DNA of 64,000 nucleotides from an uncultured bacterium (GTDB lineage Bacteria; Muiribacteriota; UBA6191): NCBI GenBank assembly GCA_964503595.1, contig CAZDAM010000003.1, positions 5,844 to 69,843 of the forward strand, read 5' to 3'. Shown piece by piece: positions 63,701 to 64,000 of this stretch (position 1 is its first letter; each line of letters starts with the position of its first letter). The notes under the pieces were generated by a model. It saw only the letters and a program-made list of their open reading frames with translations, ran no database searches and was not told where the DNA came from. The position numbers and the translations under genes were made by a program.

Positions 63701-64000
63701 TACCGGCGAACTGGGCGGGCATATCACTCTGAACCAGTCGGCTCTGACAGCTGTGGATCAGATCAGCCTGACTGCAGAGTCTGGCAAGATTCTTCAGACC
63801 GAGGGCATGATTACCTCCGAGACCCTTTCGGTAAGGGCTGCTTCTCAAGCTGTCCTGAATGCCAGCGTCAACTCTGTATCCGCAGAGATTGTGGAAACCG
63901 GAAACCTGAGCATCACCAATGCGAAGGATCTGAGCGCAACCGATCTGAAGGCTACCGATGGTTCCATCTCGGTGACAGTTTTCGGGGATCTGACAGTTGG
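42789..64000 (+). CDS. Giant (more than 7,070 aa, 3' end beyond the window) mosaic repeat adhesin/RTX-like exported protein
   Basis: ATG at 42789 preceded by aggaaaaactt. Frame 0 has no stop to position 64000 (hand-translated in several places). Contains internal repeat families, DxDxDG loops, and a 'GGAGNDYMVGGNGG...GDGGNDTFIGGDGG' RTX block at about 54294-54530. Confidence 0.8.
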   Translation, partial: MSSKMKSLVRTQTYMKARRFFQKFTKKKEAAPQVLDGRRERFRLDSLEERVLLSADPVTETAHAILHEPQKNESRIELLSEASLRQPTLSLQEQHPQAAIVLDAGTLSQNRNSLESSLVIGENEVLGGSGNLGIHLMNDGTVAPGYSPGVQNVASFTQAEGATLEIEIGGSGVAGASDGFDQLNVSGLASLGGKLEVTLLNDYKPQVGDTFDILTFGSVSGEFDSVGGLYGFYADYYFDVVQKSDRIQLVVKELLPGDTFEIAADEAFRDAMSEFLAQDYLKKPTSITFTGSIDLGDAFSVGGTFTLNQVSTGQDVTLSDGSTVNVSIKTLGMRGASASLGGSFGLQFGGADLGIAIFDATSEEDGRSWVGAQGSLESVSLLNLGSYGIQGENLQLDIFQALGEDNDVLIDLSETPLSISDGSGTLAEFSNDGVFGEYLNVAGNLQLTMPFLNVSGDFFVSADDASLFLAGENVTASFEAGGMTLGVNNARFGAYIFEDQSMVLEATGGLVMSGGDFTLPTGDSVSLKYNTTGIEFTDLEMAIGERSFTFGTIEASEELLELSISGFEANLGGVFGLSGDFGFRKNGEDLNVVAQNAAVSLNAGGFKAGVKDATLGLKMSDLGTAMEATGAAWFELGDAVSLSADSVQVLYNETGEDLIGTSLSAASLEYTFTAIEGSTTLQQVAVSGASLEVAGFVQASGNLAVKRDEVALELSDESLVLAELLTIGGKNVSAFAGLNGGSSSALGLQISALTFGVALMSEIDGEERSWTAVYGEAESAGFVGPDSLTISASALKLELNLASEDGLVVDFSEFSHSVPVGVGESLSLTMDAQRGELISVSGNLNIRIFDFFAVSGGFALEKSTETLRLSDESEVEVELLTLGTQGVSAFAGLNHGSDNAFGFSLGDVSLALVMATEKEDSSQSYVSLKAQAGSVAFEGIPGITIAADTLAVELNLASTEGLLVDYSTKALTVPTSSSTNMSLTMDSEDGELVRASGNMDLDLFGFVQVSGGFGFEKKTEVVTLADGSEAEVDLMTLGANDVSAFAGIAASSSSRVGLALSGLNFGLALMSDKSRDDRSWLALKGNVGAASFEGIPGMELAAESLKLEINRYTGEEGASTTETIVETSTETVTTENTQTTTTTTKTDTIYKLDLNGVVAPITLKLGGETATIQVSKGADSDSLLTSIRQALEGFAAIGEGNVTVSGNLVAGFEIRFLGDLAGTSVEGLSVETSFFEVSTNSSETKNALVGRSESQTLTISNPTLKGSGRYTLSLDGKSTGEIRFAGSDVGNNARYIREALEKVSGIGAGNVKVVYDQNSSTTSQRYIITFKKGLAYTDISLLQANNNGLKNAIVAVTPGQDGSVARGETNRVSINTLGDVDLNLRFTINGKEYRTDYFESDSSADKVKFMIEREVYRDDIEVQVTEIAKGTWDITFGGAATGVSLDDFLVNTSQSIESAKLLVSQMGKTDVETETTTTSSTETIEVEETTVLEYPADVVVDFSESNLDVLTGPDATIGIDFDGDLGNLLRASGNLNINLFNFFSASGAFALEKYASEVTLDDGSTLEVDMLTIGGHGIDAFAGLNGGSPSRVGFELEAADFALAIMTGVEDPALQYTSLHASAGSAAFVGFDNLRIAATDIEIQINQADEYGFVVDWLKSPLALTTGPDSSTEMNMDGSRGELLSLSANMEIDVAGFFMVNGRLAFEKYESVVKLSDGKEAAVNLMTIGGKNLNAFAGVNGGSSDRMGIAIDNTEFALAMLQEKGEGGRSWTSLKATSDYAGLVGLDGILTLNGQGIAVNINDSAEDGTVVMYGEEGMAIRTSADTSLILDMNHPGKIMRAEIYRATLDIGGFIQILGGIYFEKAENVEVDVRTGLPLDLSANTGLSSISSDLQRLKNDGILSEDNQTLTNLKVDSLTFGAGDVDVFVGYGPYFVDSNNDGVIDSHDTPNEDAFGFSLENIDVGFVTMQAAKSVDPNGVIPKMFALKAFWADPLDIDWGFFKFDIDNLIVEANQGSKWKGTQATPFIDFASSFENGYAIPTPGGDSDIVLDYSSSVIGASFGHTLLSIENFFTIEGSFAFYKYGGITVDIATGLPGTLPTGTDGNTRTGLQQLKSAGYLSDDNSRIMAMPMNVITIGGDQVNIYVGDVDDPLLSFTDIDFGIALYTADKGIDTKGIIPRMYSMRASIPDAVDIDWGFLQLEVKDLVLKANSGSQWKGLTGLKPYVDYTTSFEEGFAIQTGNEPVILDYNRGFLGVEMGYALVNIGDFLFLNGSFNLEKTDNVAIDIVTGYTSSSFWTAPSKVQAGLQKMGGLSSDKTRIEDMTMSGFVLGGDSVNAFIGMGPYFEDTNGDGRINSDDVRNDGAIGFAVDNLDIGLSIFKSIKALDPDKVLPTFYALKASVDAIGLVGIDFFELSAEGVTLKANSASKYKGAQVSPWIDFTQNYPDGFEVSKGNGESVFLDFRDPILGINVERATFIIDKFIHIQGAFSFEQGARHRVSVDTGVNTFTGSALAGTLAQLELKTDAEVSSDWTRIENLEVISTTIALSDVDVFVGFGEPDFDQDFKEQDDLFGFGIKDVDLAIGMFKIAADVKNFPTFMALYGASSQFELFTGLDFFEFSGEALQIELNKGTKWKGSVAAPTINFKDSFLPVGDKPAGMETVAGTESFYLDFAGPVIGVQVFDAVMRIDGFLHIAGDFAFRKETTRQTIKTTLGSYEDVNLEAMSIAANDAYLFAGLSYYDFSSGEMETLVGVELENVNVGIGMFKPTLDNSPLITSQKFQFTTVKAHADRAALVGIEDLLTVDLRDITIEANLGKGSNPLLKPFIDFSEDPYVIEVGGEEVVFDYDNSWLLASVGLAHLQLSQFLYLHGSLAISKAGAREVKVNAGEFSSLLGGDTVTQSVETITIGGQDLYGFAGIGGPYREDSNGDGVIDDQDGVNDSALGVSLEDVDFGVAVMTTVLPGGLPAKGLPTYVATKAHVGRAALIGMEEFLDVELNKVEVNINTSIIKGLPPQAALVARLPNINFEESFEEGYYAVPTGADDVLMDFNNELIEISIGYAEGNLAGILQLSGSMAFSKRGSEEVTLTDGTKKTVSTLSLGIGNAYGFVGYGGYWRDSDGNGKIDENDIPNTSAVGLAIEDLNVGVVFMRAIDNTDVYVGAQADLTKAGFVGIPGVTFEGRDFSLSLNASVTGPAVDFSVSGADGGAYHVKTGEFDPETEEEIDILLEHDEKLLAAQGVAEINFFDVVQIDGAFDITVAESGIVLFADGDAFIGAGGIGMSTSVTGLVAIEDGMAMRLNLEQGLDLGPLASFDAEFEFRMNTFGRDYVYVVPEKLREKTGFDEFVVSAKAPGQDEVSDFYVSLTGEGHLSLLSALDIDGEFAIVFTEDSARLEIGGIIDMPLFEPIGVTGTLGFEDGGLYGALQLGHPSGSTLIDAGVFSISGSFLLQINTTSETQTVKALDFSEDGTIIGFTTREIAAEELYIAGTASIELAGFLEMSGSASLRLSSEGVEADLAMSLDLGAFGSLEFKGAAAILNTEDEGAVFALSVETNVVLGMDIVGIQAGALLQINTSSMHEYAGVQAGTTFLLELDGALKLLAFNIDFAGSISVIDGIFELRVDEASLSFFNFVNIEVSGYFRSDGKWRVSGEAHMNIDMGPLELSAGFELTVGHDIFRARVYGSLDINIDMGLFSINETLAGFEGLIEITEASAHLKASVTIVGISVSGSMTWSWGAPPVIASQVGDTVILHMGDDADKRGDLYLDIVNETYHIEEQKGVLTVRAMGETMEFRNVKRIVAKGGNGNDTIIVGTGVTAKLEFDGEDGTDTLLIAGGAEGSVIRGGAGNDYMVGGNGGIYYYGDGGNDTFIGGDGGEIIDMGTGKNTITAAGGNDVIYIGAGNNTVDAGSGNDTMYVGWNGYLELTAGSGEDIVIMDTLASNESLKFKDHSLEYSLRAMDFGDDLELIQIRDTAATTKIENNGVDSWGSTGLYLESSGVLDVTEASLIMPKGQVTLISQGINGVLNTQIDTLTVVNHATGSYADIVIREVDDLKIVKNGLAQGGIYTAGGQIDIQLNAHEANLHLESGIIRTHGAGKGIRIVADDVDFNSGKDMVTASGQFELLTRSQSQGYRIGGAGQSSFGNDYTLGWDNGYLNFSMKDVEALTDGFSLLKFGTENSTALMFVGDLENADVDVKHFDAKITDVAEFHARRINIVGDVQASQKVTFASELLEIWRTNINNPFGQPDSGITGTELVLNISEQMLVTGYIRAEDSLKIRVNGSTGQGAMVTYGAEPNSFTADQGSSIVTLNDGAVLDIETSGSIYSATNIEVMGKNSQLKMKAGTGLTILEGAVVAARYDNSSILLESSKYLHINSGGAVTAGARFDDINGEPVAVKTGANASMTLKTSGEMKLSGSITASGSMELSGGGAESDYKDYFDTIPGKVLGKMVASDTVLAALQAGNIDSALRQLFAENHLDLGNSVSVNGVGSYTSFNDLTPEQKALVAQALGYTVYEGTNYYNPDAPAGRQLIDAFIEGNSPFLQPGQTPADLGYTWHAGTFFYNPLTGEILSGFKQGVSADYDNADINWGSAGAPASGTGFDALTADQKLKVAAHLGYQTDDGKDFYNFNAVQGKKVVRTFTQGLVTQYRNADIYWGNVAKPSDSQSFASLSAEQKAVVARTLGFEMVTGGAYVNLNASAGLQVVSQLTTAPADYRLSQIDFAGVPAPQEGTAFESLTLEQRNHVISALGYEVFEGLLYINPESGSLVTTFTSYNGVEWGDDLAAPAEGTPFEKLSGQHQQKVLESLGYRVFTGTAYYNSDAIPSKQFVQGFVEGVDYLNSAITWSRVEIPDAGTAFEDMTANQQNALLKSLGYEVHNNTVFYKAGAPLETRLMTNFVEGLHYNNADMPWGESGTAVTNRYIVNDGTNQYVIYTLDQENDGIIDEIQIQKPHELLGQRGYGFLLTGTITTLEDGRDLVIASEDDTIIRGNINLLGANSDLTVQSDKWVFWEGAANVTGNITVQGGVSLDGTSLNGARADGTSVLITATSKLVTSGAGTSITIQGGQDVDIIGRIIAGGAANSNGVQFAGDDSRVDITAGQQIYVDSVVTAAKAVTLTTTGVPGADDASQGVIVTTAAGLTTAGETSDNSGGLVKIDAVGGVQIMGIVLSGGTISQTFDANGVLTSETIAYSTERSSVEISSQSQTYIGGMARTETGNMVEVGGVIRATQNITLSGGTSSDDIGVKLPGSAKVVTTNRDSSIVVNSAQDAEIYGLLIAGGIITDHRDSLGLYLGTTVETLDGNSTISVEAGHQIRLGRDLYAGKLIDLRGGTDPADGSSEFAGQGVVVGGAVHLKTSQAGSTINLSASGDTSILAPAWTQEIIADGFAEFASGKLSQDVSLHLIVNLGTHTVEGTVQLSAQETQNNTGLASLVADLNAALLATNFTVTASPGGNPVVGSTQLFNANDPEVTIRLTDGRLMLTSAFEMTLKGDSSDSLIGFTQSGDVASTRSYTMDASASGSVINIGKKDAPNGQIYVAGNLRAHSAINLYSGTEGDGSQNFTLGATGILETLSGSVELNPGDHGVITGTIIARGRGADIIVHSKHTLEIKGTLKAQDDITITAGSIEKAGEESIRTHGTSELITFDDDGRILIQGLNDVVINSVVGTGGGALREVTVESTTGTLTLEKTSGQIETGGQLNLKGKNIDLAGTITSTRATDATYDHEISIQAENDAKVHGNLTLAGSLLIETGGNLEIYNTRLMINGEGQRLKIQSTGDVRLGTTAPVQGQASDRAVILQANQLMDIRTDGAFLLGSDAQLYTTANLSEMKIQALSASIVGSMRAGASFDGTSSYTYTGKNSSLKLSTDAAVSVGGQGLDENANLVSRGGDIFATGKVDLRTGIGTNGLGMTVSTLSSIQVDATGGGALADDIDGQINLRSDGSIQLYGTVLAKDSGSDIKIQSEGLLLIDNLVSAQDHLEVIGGTSSSGGLIVNSFAFDGNDQRIAGGTLNTALNGTMVIEAVGTIYLKGVIGQLDGSNNAITSSISVDSTAGDVTVTGLVDARDSVTMLGTDLNIMQDAHVFAQNTGAQVLMDARDELYVQSSQASGNSDGLVYADNLLHLRGGSVQIDGIVKSLAANSQMFIHSADDLIVRGLAQSAGSATLAAGVSRDATLATLRAGVTTSNLLGGNVRILGQGMVEAVGNASVQAGQDVIISADSTVAGTRVVQIPVITTVEETITVTVGYQEVAIGTVSVPVISWETSSITEQIGTEKVKVGAENLRMDVTLRQTGYYNPNAPEGQKFREILIEGIDYHNDEVNWNNAGNEATPGRTSEAVTANYKDASYKGFTSLNDAQRQAVLNHTGYMKLYQFTYANAILEKTLNGNYTETAVTPQWAGNEQVIYRIEVDGWKDKYIQMPKGAQNDILNVVTQGEAKYLTGDTTRNGNNDGTWVSASSNPGGELVGRYKDQSDVNYTQDRSDYYFPNDGYPSGYLSPHDAEEDGEARWDVNYSSNSGYRHFDVESRNDNKSMMRDPNWFWQGTAKADGDDDYTTGFDNDRYTQYIWAQQDFLSTLSADTATFEEKSTSVRQDQEAFKFKYWSSWYGLGGYWMDNDDGSEMPYGEEEDVPTWGWRDLTAGDESVLKSVWTGHDVSGDNNWHHDGMNFSHNYLTAGNFSNWKSNYQWLQSTSVYTTQFGGDDVGGFVRGKFEYTPDDYVHVGGDGIHKRPVVLQDYNDYVYDWISDWHDIYDQRIQLQYELVTQSQDIFDYRPIYETSTKQVKITQFENQTVWERQAITDTETITWTQRDFQNGDTRSYGEFDGESLKGSAITISTNRDVTVSGLVTATDSLLVNSGRNATVQGTVASGAELASQSRLTAANSITVEAESKLNLMDSAKLEVTAADSDIVLKSSGTMKAGGEILAKDTVTLKAATDLELSASIQAGNLVEIRAGDSTVGDILDGDITANISAQIIVTEAGSDIVMSTGELGGHITLNQSALTAVDQISLTAESGKILQTEGMITSETLSVRAASQAVLNASVNSVSAEIVETGNLSITNAKDLSATDLKATDGSISVTVFGDLTV

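Noticed and set aside
43000-63900. Numerous long minus-strand ORFs in the ORF track (for example 46602-48626 at 674 aa, 52818-54614 at 598 aa, 50790-51719, 61410-62309, 44013-44837) and short + ORFs in frames 1 and 2
   Set aside because: They all lie inside or antisense to the uninterrupted frame-0 giant gene. Their translations are low-complexity with no domain signatures. They are stop-poor artefacts of the repetitive coding strand.
1-64000. CRISPR arrays, IS elements, phage genes
   Set aside because: No short regularly spaced direct repeats with unique spacers, no transposase/integrase-like ORFs and no phage structural genes were seen on either strand.

Overview
Roughly 55% GC chromosomal segment from a Gram-negative (diderm) bacterium, read entirely by eye from the sequence and the ORF track. 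In order, it holds: (1) a lipid-A/LPS block: holB-like fragment, yaaT/ricT, lpxI, lpxB, msbA, a second lpxB paralog and an lpxL-family acyltransferase. (2) An FAD oxidoreductase, pdxA and a ClC channel. (3) tRNA-Gly(GCC) followed by a hicAB toxin-antitoxin pair with a near-consensus promoter, then small secreted Cys/His-rich proteins and a czcBA-type heavy-metal RND pump. (4) A sulfur-handling module (two split YeeE/YedE, TauE/SafE, persulfide-dioxygenase-like MBL), a trypsin-like S1A zymogen, an arsR-arsC-acr3 operon divergent from chrA, a TlpA-like redoxin and a dGTPase. (5) A stress block (sodC, Rrf2 regulator, DUF1275 protein, 2OG-Fe(II) oxygenase), a MocR remnant with a class-V aminotransferase, and a low-GC methyltransferase. 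(6) The most unusual locus: a tightly packed minus-strand operon encoding a C-terminally truncated SecA paralog, an M50 (site-2-protease-like) metalloprotease fused to an HlyD-like adaptor, and a second HlyD-like adaptor with a large cytoplasmic N-domain. It is divergently transcribed from a SapC-family gene and a more than 7,000-codon open reading frame (42789 to the window end; absent from the ORF track because it has no stop in the window). That giant gene encodes a mosaic adhesin/RTX-like protein with an N-terminal 'LEERVLL' (LEPR-XLL-like) motif, several internal repeat families, DxDxDG calcium loops and an RTX nonapeptide block. No canonical type I ABC exporter or TolC gene is present in the window. 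I propose the SecA-like/M50-HlyD/HlyD trio as a candidate undescribed dedicated export/processing system for the giant protein. No CRISPR arrays, integrases or transposases were seen.
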